A DNA stretch of 64,000 nt, taken from contig CBCXTS010000021.1 in assembly GCA_965178085.1 (NCBI GenBank), positions 633,845-697,844 of the forward strand, written 5' to 3'. This DNA comes from Alphaproteobacteria bacterium (GTDB taxonomy: Bacteria; Pseudomonadota; Alphaproteobacteria; CBCXTS01). Shown piece by piece: positions 50,409 through 61,487 of the stretch. Under the pieces are notes generated by a model. That model worked only from the letters and a program-made list of their open reading frames with translations. It was not told the DNA's origin and made no database searches. The position numbers were made by a program, and so were the translations under genes. The first letter of the stretch is position 1. Each line of letters opens with the position of its first letter.

Positions 50409-51749
50409 TCAATTAACACTAGCATCAAGCGCTGCTTGCAGATTTTCTAAATTAAGCTGTCCTAGACTTCTCATGAGGTTTAGTTTAGATATAAATTGAT
50501 GATGCAGCGCATCTTGCAAATTAAGATCAGCGTCTCTAAAATCCTGCTCACTATTTAAAACATCTAAAAGAGTTCGTTTGCCAACAAGATTTTCTTGACG
50601 CGCGCCTTCTAATGCTTGCGCAGCACTTGCAAGGCTGCTTTTATATGATTGCACTGCAGCATTATTTGCTTGCAATTGATGCCATGCGCTAAGCACAGAT
50701 GATTCTAACGTTCTTTTTGTTTGCTCGAGTTCGTATTCTCGCTGTACAACCAACTCTTTGGCTTGTCTAATCTCACTTTTTTCTATGCCTTTTTGGTATA
50801 AAGGTATATTTAAATCGCTAGACAATGTAAAAACTTTTGATCTATCTTTTGATGCAGATGTTGCATAAGACCGTGTTGCAGAAAAGGTCACATCAAGATT
50901 TGGCAACAAATCTCCTTTTGCGCGTGCGAGCAACTTTTTTGATGTTGTTACGCGACTTTGTCCAAGCTTAATAGAGGGATTTTCATGCTGAGCAATCTCT
51001 ATAGCACTATCGATGTCGCTTGCTGATCCAACATTGAACTTCGGCAACACCAAACCACTAGCATCTTGTCCAATAATTTGTTTAAATACAGCCTTACTGC
51101 TATCTAATTGCCCTTGAGCAGAACGTAAGTTAGCTTTCCCTTGTGAAAGACGTGAATCCGCTTGAGAAACCTCAGTAATAGTGGCTTGTCCAACAGAAAA
51201 CAGGTCTTTTGTTCCTTGCAATAGACTTTCAAGCCTATTGACATTTTCAACGCTCAATCGATATCGCTGTTGATCTCTCAACAATGCGCTATAAATTGTA
51301 CCCCCTTGTAGTAACGTATCTTGCTCAGTAATCTCTAATGTATATTGAGAAGATTGTTGAGAGCTTTCAGTTGCTGCAATATTAGCCTCATCTGAACCGC
51401 CATTATATAAATTTTGTACAACACTAATACCTAAACTGCGCTGTGTTAAAACGTTGGTTCCAGCTGAAGTTGAGCCAGTAGCCTGACTTAAGCTATTAAC
51501 ACGAGCTCCTTTGATAGAAGTCGATATTGAGGGCTTCCAAGCTCCTTGTGCTTGAATAATATTTTCTGCATTATTTCGCGCTGCTGCGCGTGCTGCATTT
51601 AAAATAGGACTTTCATGATAAAGTAACAATAATGCCTCGCTTAACGTCAATGTAGATTCACCGGCATTAAGTCCTCGTGGCAGTGTACACAGCACTGCTG
51701 CTATGCAAAGCACACTGAGATATCTTGATAATATATTGATAGCATTCAT
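50409..51749 (-). CDS. tolC: TolC-family outer membrane efflux protein
   Basis: 446 aa. Signal peptide, LSEALLLLYHESPILNAARAAARNNAENI start and two-repeat TolC architecture. The pcm-like gene is upstream, as in many alphaproteobacteria. Confidence 0.88.
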   Translation of the reverse strand: MNAINILSRYLSVLCIAAVLCTLPRGLNAGESTLTLSEALLLLYHESPILNAARAAARNNAENIIQAQGAWKPSISTSIKGARVNSLSQATGSTSAGTNVLTQRSLGISVVQNLYNGGSDEANIAATESSQQSSQYTLEITEQDTLLQGGTIYSALLRDQQRYRLSVENVNRLESLLQGTKDLFSVGQATITEVSQADSRLSQGKANLRSAQGQLDSSKAVFKQIIGQDASGLVLPKFNVGSASDIDSAIEIAQHENPSIKLGQSRVTTSKKLLARAKGDLLPNLDVTFSATRSYATSASKDRSKVFTLSSDLNIPLYQKGIEKSEIRQAKELVVQREYELEQTKRTLESSVLSAWHQLQANNAAVQSYKSSLASAAQALEGARQENLVGKRTLLDVLNSEQDFRDADLNLQDALHHQFISKLNLMRSLGQLNLENLQAALDASVN

Positions 51750-51784
51750 TGTGATATATAAACCGCTCTAAAATTTTGATTTTA

Positions 51785-52474
51785 TTAAAAAACAAAGCTT
51801 TCTTTGGCGCAAAAATCAACCGAGCGCCTTGCATAACAATCATCGAGCAATTGCTCACTAAAACTGTCATTATGTTTTGTTAAAACGCTTAAACTTGCTA
51901 TGCAGTTTGCTTTTTTTATCATTGTTGTTTGCTGATCTGGAGAGATTTTAAAATAAACCAACTTCCCTTGATCAGAAAGTTGCATCATCAAATTATCTGG
52001 TATTGCTTCTGCTCCTTCTGTTATAAAAATAGCATCGTAAGGCGCTTGTGCTTCATAGCCATCGCAAAAATGAGATTGCACAATCTTGATATTATCAAAC
52101 ACAGGATCTGCCCTAAAACGCGCTTCAACAGCATTGGCAAGATCTAAATCGCTTTCTACAACAAAAACTATATCAGCTAATCTTGCTAATAAAGCTGCAA
52201 CATAACCGCACGGCTCTCCTATCAATAAAACTTGCTCAAACATTGATCTGTTAAACCCAACCTGAAGCATCTTACCAATCATTTGATTGGAGGCAATAAA
52301 CCTTTTTGAAGCCACCTCAAGCTCGCAATCAAAATAGGATTGAGCCTTTAACGAATCTTGCAAAAAATATTCCTTGCGCACTGTCATCATTGCTTCAATG
52401 ATTTGTTCATTTGTAATTTTATTAGGCCGTAACTGGCACTCTATCATATTTAAGCGTGCTTTTTGAAAATTCAT
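51785..52474 (-). CDS. pcm: Protein-L-isoaspartate O-methyltransferase family protein
   Basis: 229 aa. AdoMet-binding region VLLIGEPCGYVAALLARLADIVFVVESD. Conserved pairing with tolC. Confidence 0.7.
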   Translation of the reverse strand: MNFQKARLNMIECQLRPNKITNEQIIEAMMTVRKEYFLQDSLKAQSYFDCELEVASKRFIASNQMIGKMLQVGFNRSMFEQVLLIGEPCGYVAALLARLADIVFVVESDLDLANAVEARFRADPVFDNIKIVQSHFCDGYEAQAPYDAIFITEGAEAIPDNLMMQLSDQGKLVYFKISPDQQTTMIKKANCIASLSVLTKHNDSFSEQLLDDCYARRSVDFCAKESFVF

Positions 52475-52703
52475 TGACTATATGATCCTTTCAGGATTCT
52501 ATAAAAATTACTAAACTAACCTATCTTAATTTTATAGCGCTGCTAGCATGACAACACAACCTACATTTATAAAATATACCACACCATATCACTAAAATAT
52601 AAGTCCCTTATATCAGTTAATATGTTATATATCATATTAAACATCTATTTATGTCTAATGTTATCGTTTGTTTTATTACTAAATTTTAAAAGAAGACCAT
52701 CTT

Positions 52704-53906
52704 ATGCAAAATAATACTTCACTCAAACGCGGTTCATTTAATTGGAATGATCCGTTTTTGCTAGAAAACCAATTAACACAAGAAGAGCGCATGATCCGCG
52801 ATAGCGCAGCACAATATGCAAAAACAAAATTACAACCACGTGTTGTAAGCGCATATCACGATAGCACAATTGATCCAACAATCTTTCAAGAAATGGGAAC
52901 CTTAGGCTTATTAAGTGTTACGCTAGATACTCAATATCACGGAGTAGGCTCAAGCTATGTTGCGTATGGGTTAGTTGCGCGTGAGATTGAACGCATCGAC
53001 AGTGGTTATCGCTCAATGCTATCAGTGCAATCATCTTTAGTGATCTATCCTATTTCAGCATATGGCTCTTGCGAACAAAAACAAAAATATTTGCCTAAAT
53101 TAGCTAGCGGACAATGGATTGGTTGTTTCGGCTTAACAGAACCCAATGCTGGTTCAGATCCAGCTAGCATGGAGACCAAAGCATATAAAACAAAAGATGG
53201 ATACATATTGCGCGGGTCAAAAATGTGGATTTCAAATGCAAATATCGCCGATGTTTTTGTAGTTTGGGCCAAATCTGAGGCCCATGACAATCGTATTCGA
53301 GGTTTTATTCTAGAAAAAGGTATGCCAGGGCTTTCTACGCCAACTATTGAAGGGAAACTATCACTGCGCACCTCCCCTACCGGTGAGATTGTGTTGGATA
53401 ATGTTGAAATAGCTGAAAGCGCTATCTTACCCGACATCGAAGGATTGAAGGGTCCATTTAGCTGTTTGAATCGTGCCCGTTATGGCATTTGCTGGGGAAC
53501 AATGGGGGCAGCAGAAGCCTGCTGGCATGCTGCACTCCAATACGGTTTAGAGCGAAAGCAATTTGGAAAACCGCTTGCACAAACACAACTTTTTCAAAAG
53601 AAACTTGCCGATATGCAAACTGATATCGCACTTGGCTTACAAGGTGCTTTCAGATTGGGTAAATTATTTGACGAACAAGCTGAAGCACCTGAAATGATCA
53701 GTTTATTAAAGCGCAATAATTGCGCTAAAGCGCTTGACATTGCAAGACAATCTCGTGATATGCACGGCGCCAACGGCATCGCAGAAGATTTTCATATTAT
53801 GCGACATATGTGCAATCTAGAAACGGTAAATACTTACGAAGGTACACATGATGTCCATGCTTTGATACTAGGTCGCGCGCAAACAAATTTGCAAGCCTTT
53901 TATTAA
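52704..53906 (+). CDS. gcdH: Glutaryl-CoA dehydrogenase (acyl-CoA dehydrogenase family)
   Basis: 400 aa. [24 protein letters not shown] start typical of [16 protein letters not shown]-terminal [14 protein letters not shown]. Confidence 0.85.
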   Translation: MQNNTSLKRGSFNWNDPFLLENQLTQEERMIRDSAAQYAKTKLQPRVVSAYHDSTIDPTIFQEMGTLGLLSVTLDTQYHGVGSSYVAYGLVAREIERIDSGYRSMLSVQSSLVIYPISAYGSCEQKQKYLPKLASGQWIGCFGLTEPNAGSDPASMETKAYKTKDGYILRGSKMWISNANIADVFVVWAKSEAHDNRIRGFILEKGMPGLSTPTIEGKLSLRTSPTGEIVLDNVEIAESAILPDIEGLKGPFSCLNRARYGICWGTMGAAEACWHAALQYGLERKQFGKPLAQTQLFQKKLADMQTDIALGLQGAFRLGKLFDEQAEAPEMISLLKRNNCAKALDIARQSRDMHGANGIAEDFHIMRHMCNLETVNTYEGTHDVHALILGRAQTNLQAFY

Positions 53907-53981
53907 AGATCATGATTATCAAAGTCTTCCTATGCACTCTCAATATACCAAGAGTTACTCTATCACATTAGGATATTAGGT

Positions 53982-56219
53982 TTGAATGATCGTATTACAA
54001 TTGTACATCAAAATTTTCTAGAGCGAGTATCTCAAGGAAATTTCCCTCTTCCTATCTCCAACCGTGCAAGCTCTATTATCTCAAAAAAAACTTCCCTTAC
54101 AAAAGCTTTAGCACTCAATATTTTTAAATCGTCCATTGTTTCCAGACACCTTGATCGAGCATCCTATGCCATGCAAGCAAAAGGCCATGGGTTTTATACA
54201 ATAAGTTCCTCTGGTCATGAAGCAATGGCGGCAATTGCAGCAGCATGCCTACCAAGCGACATGGCATTTTTACATTATCGTGATTGTGCTTTTTTTTTAC
54301 AACGAGCTTTACAGGTTGACGAACAATATCCAATCAAAGATCTACTTGCAAGTTTTGCCGCCTCAACCGACGATCCTATTGCTGGAGGACGCCATAAGGT
54401 ATTAGGTAGCAAAAAATTATTTATCCCTCCTCAAACCAGTACCATTGCCTCACATCTTCCAAAAGCAGTTGGTAGTGCCTATAGCATTTATTTGGCTAAT
54501 CGCCTTCACCATCAAGGGCGTGTTTTAGAACATGATGGCGTTATTGTATGTTCCTTTGGCGATGCATCCTTCAATCATGCAAGTGCTCAAACAGCCTTCA
54601 ATGGGACATTATGGGCAAGCTCTCATGGTATTCCAATGCCTTTGTTATTTATTTGCGAAGATAACAATATTGGCATTTCAACACCTACACCACATCACTG
54701 GATTAAAAACAACATGCACAACCGCAAAGGAATGCGTTATCTAAGCTGTAACGGATTAGACTTTCATGAAACCTTTGAATGCGCACAAGAAGGCGTTGCT
54801 TTTGCACGCCGTCATCGTTGTCCTGTTTTTTTGCATATGCATTGCGTACGCCTTTACGGTCATGCTGGATCGGATATACAAACAGCCTATCTTAGCCAAA
54901 AGCAAATTGAACAAACAGAATCAAATGACCCTCTCTTACACTCAGCGCGCATTATGTTAGAAAACCAATGGCTTACGCAAAAACAAATCATTGCATTATA
55001 TCAACAAATAGACATTGAAATTTGCAATATTGCCAGCAACGCTGGACAATGGCCACGACTAAAGACATCACAAGAAGTGCAAGCTAACATTATCCCTAAA
55101 GTAACCTCTCTAAGACCAACAAAACCATACATCAAAAGCAATCATATTAGCGATACTAATCTTACTGGCAACAATAATATTTTAATCAAAAAACCTCAAC
55201 ACATGGCACGCTTATTAAATTGGGCGATGCATGATTTGATGCATACATATCAAGAAATAATACTTGCTGGAGAAGATATAGGGCCAAAAGGTGGTGTGTA
55301 TCATGTAACAGCAAAACTCTATGAAACCTTTGGTGCAAATCGTGTCATTAATACATTGCTGGATGAGCAAACTATCCTTGGGCTAGCAATTGGATTGGCT
55401 CATAATGGTTTTATACCCATTTGTGAGATTCAATTTCTTGCTTATCTACATAATGCAGAAGATCAACTGCGTGGAGAAGCGGCAACTTTAAGTTTTTTTT
55501 CACAAAGTCAGTTTACAAATCCTATGATTATACGCATCGCAGGATTAGGATATCAAAAAGGCTTCGGTGGCCATTTCCATAATGATAACTCTATTGCTGT
55601 TTTGCGCGATATTCCAGGCATTATCATTGCATGCCCATCCAATGGATATGATAGTGTTTTGATGCTACGTGAAGCTGTTCGCCTTGCTCATGAACAACAG
55701 CGTATTGTTGTTTTTCTTGAACCAATTGCTTTGTATATGACACGCGATTTATATGATCCAAAAGATGGGGCTTGGTCGTTTTTATACCCTCAGCTTCAAG
55801 ATAACGCATCCATTGAGTTTGGTAAAATTGGGCAATTAGGCAACGGCACTGATCTTGCGATTATTACGTATGCAAATGGAGTTTATTTAAGCAAAAAAGC
55901 TCAAAAAATACTTACAACAGAACATAACATCCAAACACGTATTATTGATTTGCGTTGGCTTGCACCAATCAACGAAGATGCTGTGTTACAAGCCATCAAA
56001 CAGTGCTCTAGGGTGTTAATAGTTGATGAATGTCGCAAAACAGGTTCTATTTCTGAGGCATTAATGACATTGCTTTGTGAAAAATCTTCTTGCACAAAAA
56101 TTGCACGTTTAACAGCAGATGATAGCTTCATCGCCCTTGGACCTGCATCAACTCTGACATTGCCAAGTTGCAAGAGCATCGTTCATGAAGCTTGCAAATT
56201 GATGCGTGGCAAAAACTAA
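53982..56219 (+). CDS. ThDP-dependent 2-oxoacid dehydrogenase E1 component, alpha and beta subunits fused
   Basis: 745 aa, TTG start. The alpha-like half has a ThDP motif (FGDASFNHASAQ...CEDNNIGIST). The beta-like half has GEDIGPKGGVYHVTAKLYETFGANRVINTLLDEQTILGLAIGLA...CEIQFLAYL. Confidence 0.8.
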   Translation: MNDRITIVHQNFLERVSQGNFPLPISNRASSIISKKTSLTKALALNIFKSSIVSRHLDRASYAMQAKGHGFYTISSSGHEAMAAIAAACLPSDMAFLHYRDCAFFLQRALQVDEQYPIKDLLASFAASTDDPIAGGRHKVLGSKKLFIPPQTSTIASHLPKAVGSAYSIYLANRLHHQGRVLEHDGVIVCSFGDASFNHASAQTAFNGTLWASSHGIPMPLLFICEDNNIGISTPTPHHWIKNNMHNRKGMRYLSCNGLDFHETFECAQEGVAFARRHRCPVFLHMHCVRLYGHAGSDIQTAYLSQKQIEQTESNDPLLHSARIMLENQWLTQKQIIALYQQIDIEICNIASNAGQWPRLKTSQEVQANIIPKVTSLRPTKPYIKSNHISDTNLTGNNNILIKKPQHMARLLNWAMHDLMHTYQEIILAGEDIGPKGGVYHVTAKLYETFGANRVINTLLDEQTILGLAIGLAHNGFIPICEIQFLAYLHNAEDQLRGEAATLSFFSQSQFTNPMIIRIAGLGYQKGFGGHFHNDNSIAVLRDIPGIIIACPSNGYDSVLMLREAVRLAHEQQRIVVFLEPIALYMTRDLYDPKDGAWSFLYPQLQDNASIEFGKIGQLGNGTDLAIITYANGVYLSKKAQKILTTEHNIQTRIIDLRWLAPINEDAVLQAIKQCSRVLIVDECRKTGSISEALMTLLCEKSSCTKIARLTADDSFIALGPASTLTLPSCKSIVHEACKLMRGKN

Positions 56220-56254
56220 ATCAAGTATTTGGTAATATTTCAAAAGGAGATATC

Positions 56255-56695
56255 ATGGAAAACACCTCAAATAGAAAAACCAAGCCTATCCATGCTGGAT
56301 GTGCATGTGGGAGCGTAGAGTTTATGATAAACCATTCATTGCGCGAGGTCATATTTTGCCATTGCCGTCAATGTCGCCAACTATCGGGTCATTTTGTAGC
56401 TGCAACCAATGTCGTGCAAAAAGCTTTGCAATTTATACACAAAAAAGGCTTAAAATGGTACCGATCCTCTGACTTTGCAAAACCCGGTTTTTGTAAAGAA
56501 TGTGGCTCAAACTTATTTTATATGCAAGATAATAACGAAACAGTTTCTATCAGTGCTGGATGCATTGATTATGAGGGTGAATACGCATGCGAACTTACAC
56601 CAGGAGCTCATATATATGTTGCAGAAAAGCCTACATATTATCAATTGCAAGATGATCTGCCACAATATCCTACTACAATGCGCATTGGAAATTAA
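56255..56695 (+). CDS. GFA-family (glutathione-dependent formaldehyde-activating / CENP-V-like) zinc protein
   Basis: The ORF track starts at 56192, overlapping the E1 gene. ATG 56255 has AAAGGAGA 6 nt upstream. Cys pattern: CACGSVEF...CHCRQCRQLSGHF...FCKECGSNLFY. Confidence 0.8.
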   Translation: MENTSNRKTKPIHAGCACGSVEFMINHSLREVIFCHCRQCRQLSGHFVAATNVVQKALQFIHKKGLKWYRSSDFAKPGFCKECGSNLFYMQDNNETVSISAGCIDYEGEYACELTPGAHIYVAEKPTYYQLQDDLPQYPTTMRIGN

Positions 56696-56697
56696 AC

Positions 56698-57870
56698 ATG
56701 CTCAATGATTATCCCTTTGATCGCTTACGTAGCCTGCTCCAAGACATAGATCCACCTGCGGGATTGACACCCATTAATCTATCTATTGGTGAGCCGCAAG
56801 CGCGCGTTCCTGATTTTGTACCCAAAATTATTGCCCAACACGACGATTCATGGGGGCGATATTCAAGCTTGCACGGCAGCCCAAATTTTAAGCCATCTTT
56901 GCAGCAATGGATTAAAAAAAGATATGCAATACCAGATAATGCCATTGCTAATGAAAGCTTAATGCCGCTATCAGGTACACGCGAGGGATTATTTTTGGCT
57001 GCATGTCATTGTGTGGCAGAAAAACGCCAAACAGGCATTGCACAGCCTGTGGTGATATATCCCAACCCATTTTATCATGTTTACCATGCTGGTGCACTTG
57101 TCAACAACGCCTTTGCTGAAACATACGATGCCACTAAAAATATTATTCCACAACTCGAAAAATTATGCGCTTTACATCACCAAAAAATTGCACTTGTTTA
57201 TGTCTGCAACCCAAACAATCCAACTTCAGATGTATTATCCATTCAAGAAATAAAAGCTATTCTTGGGTTAGCAAGATCATATAATTTTACTGTTCTATTT
57301 GACGAATGTTATAGCGAAATTTATATGCATACGCCTCCTGCAAGCGCATTTGAGGCTTTAATAGATGAGCCTGAAAACCATCATTTTTGGATTGTTAATT
57401 CTCTTTCAAAACGTTCATCTGTACCTGGTTTGCGCTGTGGGTTTATTTATGGACCATCTAACGATATGAAGGCATTTGCTAGATTACGCAGTCATGCTGC
57501 GGCCATTCCACCCATAGCTGTTACAGAAGCTGCTGCACATTTATGGGCAGATGAGGAGCATGTGATTAGTGCCCGCAAGCATTATCAATCTTTACATGAA
57601 TTGGCTGTTTCTATTTTAGGGCTTTATCCAGGCTTTAAACCAATTAACGCTGGCTTTTTTTTATGGCTCAATGTCGGCGATGGCGTTGCAATGTCCAAAC
57701 ACTTGTGGTCGCAAGCTGCATTGCGTACATTGCCAGGAGAATTTATGGCATGCACTTCACGCGATAACGCACAAATACCAGGAAAAGAATTTATCCGTAT
57801 CGCGCTCATACACGATTTTCAAACAACCAAGCAAGCATTGGAAAGAATGGCCCATCTTTTGCTTGACTGA
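56698..57870 (+). CDS. Class I/II PLP-dependent aminotransferase (succinyldiaminopimelate transaminase DapC-like)
   Basis: 390 aa. [10 protein letters not shown] start as in DapC-type enzymes. NPNNPT and the SLSKRS PLP-lysine motif are present. Confidence 0.7.
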   Translation: MLNDYPFDRLRSLLQDIDPPAGLTPINLSIGEPQARVPDFVPKIIAQHDDSWGRYSSLHGSPNFKPSLQQWIKKRYAIPDNAIANESLMPLSGTREGLFLAACHCVAEKRQTGIAQPVVIYPNPFYHVYHAGALVNNAFAETYDATKNIIPQLEKLCALHHQKIALVYVCNPNNPTSDVLSIQEIKAILGLARSYNFTVLFDECYSEIYMHTPPASAFEALIDEPENHHFWIVNSLSKRSSVPGLRCGFIYGPSNDMKAFARLRSHAAAIPPIAVTEAAAHLWADEEHVISARKHYQSLHELAVSILGLYPGFKPINAGFFLWLNVGDGVAMSKHLWSQAALRTLPGEFMACTSRDNAQIPGKEFIRIALIHDFQTTKQALERMAHLLLD

Positions 57871-57874
57871 TGCT

Positions 57875-60820
57875 ATGCAAGAACAACTCAATAGTACCTC
57901 CTCAAGCGACGCGAGAAAGCCCGATTTTTTACCGTCGACTATCATGGAGATGTTTAAGAAACTCACCTTTCGTGTCATTGGCTTGATGATCGGCGCAATA
58001 GCTATTGCCATGACAATAGCCATCGTTAGCTACAATAAGCTTGATCCTTCGTTTAATACCACAACCACTGATGCTCCTACTAATGTACTTGGGTATTACG
58101 GCGCAGTTTTTGCTGATTTGCTACTACAATCGATTGGCTTGGCTGTCATCTTGCCAATTTTATATATCATGATACTCGCATATCGATTTTATTATCAACA
58201 CAAACCCAAAAAATTACACTACCACAGTGCATATCTTATCTTTGCAACAATGTTTGCGGCTGGTTTCATCCAATATTTTCTTGTTCCAAATACATGGCCT
58301 ATCACAGCAGGCTTTGGCGGTGTTGTCGGTACTATTCTGCTTGATTTTGTCTCAGCTAGCTTTGTCAAAATTATCCCATTAGAAATACAAAGCACTCAGT
58401 TGCTTTTAGTAGGTATATTTGGCATTTTAGCATTGAGTTTATTTACTTTTTCTTTGAACCTTAAAACACATGAATGGAAGGCTGTTTTTGCGATCACTAG
58501 TAGACCTTTTTTATATTTAGCTAAAAAAATTAAAGCAGGTTGCATTGTATGCTTAAGAGTATCGTTAATTGATCCTATGCAAACCATTGTTATAAAACAC
58601 AAGCAACAAGAACATATAACAAGCAACACAACTAAAGCAGACCAAGATGGTCCATATCATCAACAAAATGAACCCAAAATACATCTCGATCAACAAGTCG
58701 ACAAGCCTACTATAGAAAATAAAAATATAGACGAACCTAGTATCAAGGATGCATTTCGCGCCCAAGCAAGCAAATTGGCTAAAAAATCATTAAGCACATT
58801 ATATTTGCAATTTATAAAGCGCAAACAGATCAAACAAGCTCGCAGCGTTTTCTTATTTGATCATCATGCAAATACGACAGAAGATATTCTAGATTTGGCG
58901 CCTATGGTCTCTAAAGCACTAGCAAGACATCGCCCAATCGCACATCGAATCCATGCCAATGCAGCGCCCCATATACAAGATATACATCTCAGTCAAAATA
59001 GTTCTTTGAACAACGCCTGCGATGATGACAAACCATCCGATGTTGCCAATCTACAACATGCCAATTTACACCATGATAGTCAATGCGAGGATCAAGAGGA
59101 TCAAACAGCATCCTTTGATGGCTCTATCCATAGCCAACATGATGATGATCCAAAGCAGAGCTTTCATAAACAACAAAGCATTGACAATGCGTGCGACCAT
59201 GCACCTGCCAATCAAGCAACAACGCCATTCTTGCAAGCAAACGTAGATAACTCTGCCAAGATAGAACAAACCCACACTGCAAAAAAAGCAAAAGAGCATG
59301 ACCCTCAAGCCAACAGCTATGCCTTACCAAGTGTTGATTTATTGACAGAAAGAAATACCGAAAATAACGCAGTACAAGATGAGCAAGCCCTTGAACAAAA
59401 TGCTCGTATGCTAGAAAATGTATTGGCAGATTTTGGCATTTATGGACAAATCATCAATGTCAGGCCTGGACCTGTTGTTACATTATACGAACTTGAACCT
59501 GCTCCTGGCACCAAAACCAGCCGCGTCATCGGCCTAGCCGATGATATTGCACGTTCTATGTCGGCTATCTCTGTTCGCATTGCCACTGTACCTGGTCGTT
59601 CTGTTATCGGAATAGAATTGCCAAATGAAACCCGTGAAATCGTTGAGCTTAAAGGGTTATTAGCATCAAAGAGCTTTGCATCTGATGATAATAAATTACC
59701 TTTAATACTTGGCAAGGATATTGGTGGACATCCAACAATTGGCGATTTAGCAACCATGCCTCATTTGCTGATTGCAGGTACAACAGGTTCTGGCAAATCA
59801 GTTGGCCTAAATGCCATGATCCTTTCGCTATTGTATAAATATACGCCTCAGCAATGCCGCTTTATTATGGTTGATCCAAAAATGCTTGAGTTGTCGGTTT
59901 ATGAAGGAATTCCTCATTTGCTTACTCCAGTTGTAACAGATCCTAAAAAAGCAGCAATTGCTCTTAAATGGGCGGTTCGAGAAATGGAAAATCGATATCG
60001 TTCGATGGCAGCTATGGGAGTACGCAACATTGAAGGCTATAACAAACGTGTTAAACAAGCCCTTGCAACAAACGAAAAACTAACACGAAGAGTACAAACA
60101 GGATTCAATAATGAAACTGGCCAACCTGTGCATGAAACACAAGAGATAGAGCCAACATTTTTTCCATTTATTATTGTCGTCGTCGATGAAATGGCTGACT
60201 TGATGCTTGTCGCTGGCAAAGAAGTTGAGGCCTCTGTACAACGCTTAGCACAAATGGCGCGCGCTGCAGGTATTCATCTTGTCACAGCAACACAACGTCC
60301 ATCTGTTGACGTTATCACAGGCACCATTAAAGCAAATTTTCCTACAAGAATTAGTTTCATGGTATCATCAAAAATTGACAGTCGCACTATTTTAGGCGAA
60401 CAAGGCGCAGAACAACTGCTTGGAAAAGGTGATATGCTTTATATGGCTGGAGGTGGGCGTATTATACGTGTTCATGCACCATTTGTTGAAGACAACGAGG
60501 TTGAAGCTGTCTGTAATCAATTACGCTCACAAGCACAACCTGAGTATATTGACACTATTACGGATGAAAGAAGTTTAGATAATAGCGCCTATCCTGAGCA
60601 AAACTCTGAAGGAAATAATAGTTCAGATGAACTTTATGATAGCGCTGTTGCATTGGTTACGCGAGAAAGAAAAGCATCGACAAGTTTTGTTCAACGTCAC
60701 TTACAGATCGGTTACAATCGAGCTGCACGCATTGTCGAACAAATGGAGAAAGAAGGCGTCATTTCGAGCGCTAATCGCGTCGGTAAGCGCGAAGTGCTAG
60801 CTGGTGATCATGCTGCATAA
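57875..60820 (+). CDS. ftsK: DNA translocase FtsK
   Basis: The ORF track's 57671 start overlaps the aminotransferase by 200 nt. ATG 57875 lies 5 nt after its stop. Architecture: N-terminal TM helices, a long linker, then the motor domain (GTTGSGKS Walker [11 protein letters not shown] Walker B) and a C-terminal winged-helix gamma domain. Confidence 0.93.
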   Translation: MQEQLNSTSSSDARKPDFLPSTIMEMFKKLTFRVIGLMIGAIAIAMTIAIVSYNKLDPSFNTTTTDAPTNVLGYYGAVFADLLLQSIGLAVILPILYIMILAYRFYYQHKPKKLHYHSAYLIFATMFAAGFIQYFLVPNTWPITAGFGGVVGTILLDFVSASFVKIIPLEIQSTQLLLVGIFGILALSLFTFSLNLKTHEWKAVFAITSRPFLYLAKKIKAGCIVCLRVSLIDPMQTIVIKHKQQEHITSNTTKADQDGPYHQQNEPKIHLDQQVDKPTIENKNIDEPSIKDAFRAQASKLAKKSLSTLYLQFIKRKQIKQARSVFLFDHHANTTEDILDLAPMVSKALARHRPIAHRIHANAAPHIQDIHLSQNSSLNNACDDDKPSDVANLQHANLHHDSQCEDQEDQTASFDGSIHSQHDDDPKQSFHKQQSIDNACDHAPANQATTPFLQANVDNSAKIEQTHTAKKAKEHDPQANSYALPSVDLLTERNTENNAVQDEQALEQNARMLENVLADFGIYGQIINVRPGPVVTLYELEPAPGTKTSRVIGLADDIARSMSAISVRIATVPGRSVIGIELPNETREIVELKGLLASKSFASDDNKLPLILGKDIGGHPTIGDLATMPHLLIAGTTGSGKSVGLNAMILSLLYKYTPQQCRFIMVDPKMLELSVYEGIPHLLTPVVTDPKKAAIALKWAVREMENRYRSMAAMGVRNIEGYNKRVKQALATNEKLTRRVQTGFNNETGQPVHETQEIEPTFFPFIIVVVDEMADLMLVAGKEVEASVQRLAQMARAAGIHLVTATQRPSVDVITGTIKANFPTRISFMVSSKIDSRTILGEQGAEQLLGKGDMLYMAGGGRIIRVHAPFVEDNEVEAVCNQLRSQAQPEYIDTITDERSLDNSAYPEQNSEGNNSSDELYDSAVALVTRERKASTSFVQRHLQIGYNRAARIVEQMEKEGVISSANRVGKREVLAGDHAA

Positions 60821-61472
60821 GTACCATTTTATTGCGTTGATATGCGCTTGCTTTGTATATCTTTTTGCTAACACCACCGCACACGCTGTGACACAAAAAA
60901 CAAAACCTACCAATATTGATATCACCGATCATCACCACGAATTGCTGCAATCTATAGAAAACTGGCTCCAAGAGTTAGGCAATATGCGTGCGCAATTTAT
61001 CCAAGTTAACCATGATGGTTCCTACCATCACGGGCAATTCTTGGTTAAACGCCCTGGTCGCATGCGCCTTGAATATGATCCTCCAAGCTCTATCTTATTA
61101 ATTGCAACTGGAAATTTTTTCATTTTTGTTGACAAAGAAAAGCATCAAGTTACACATTATCCTTTATCTGCAACTCCTATATGGTTTTTATTGCGAGAAG
61201 ACATAAGCTTTGACAATGATGAATATGTGATTGACAAAATTACTAAAGAACATCCTGTTATCACCATTCGATTTTATAAGCGGAATGAGAAAGCTGCAGG
61301 GTGGTTAGAAATGACTTTTAGCGAATCCCCGCTAGAGTTACGTCAATGGCGTGTCAAAGATGCACAAGGATATATTTCACAAGTTACATTACTAAATAGT
61401 GAATATGCTATGCCTTTAAATGAAGACCTCTTCCATTTTCATAATCCATGGATTGAAAAACGCGACGAATAA
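60804..61472 (+). CDS. lolA: Outer-membrane lipoprotein carrier protein LolA
   Basis: 222 aa. Signal peptide ...[38 protein letters not shown] matches the LolA fold signature. Conserved ftsK-lolA pairing (17-nt overlap). Confidence 0.8.
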   Translation: MIMLHKYHFIALICACFVYLFANTTAHAVTQKTKPTNIDITDHHHELLQSIENWLQELGNMRAQFIQVNHDGSYHHGQFLVKRPGRMRLEYDPPSSILLIATGNFFIFVDKEKHQVTHYPLSATPIWFLLREDISFDNDEYVIDKITKEHPVITIRFYKRNEKAAGWLEMTFSESPLELRQWRVKDAQGYISQVTLLNSEYAMPLNEDLFHFHNPWIEKRDE

Positions 61473-61487
61473 CGTCAAAATAGTCTG

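Noticed and set aside
57671-57874. N-terminal extensions offered by the ORF track: ftsK from 57671, yejF from 42866, GFA protein from 56192, Spy/CpxP-like from 10062.
   Set aside because: The extensions overlap the preceding gene by 45-200 nt and encode non-conserved sequence. Internal ATGs (57875, 42935, 56255, 10107) sit just after the upstream stop and give sensible N-termini, in one case with a clear AAAGGAGA ribosome-binding site.
58560-59310. H/Q/D/N-rich low-complexity linker in FtsK.
   Set aside because: Long, poorly conserved, low-complexity linkers between the membrane and motor domains are normal for FtsK, so this is not unusual by itself.
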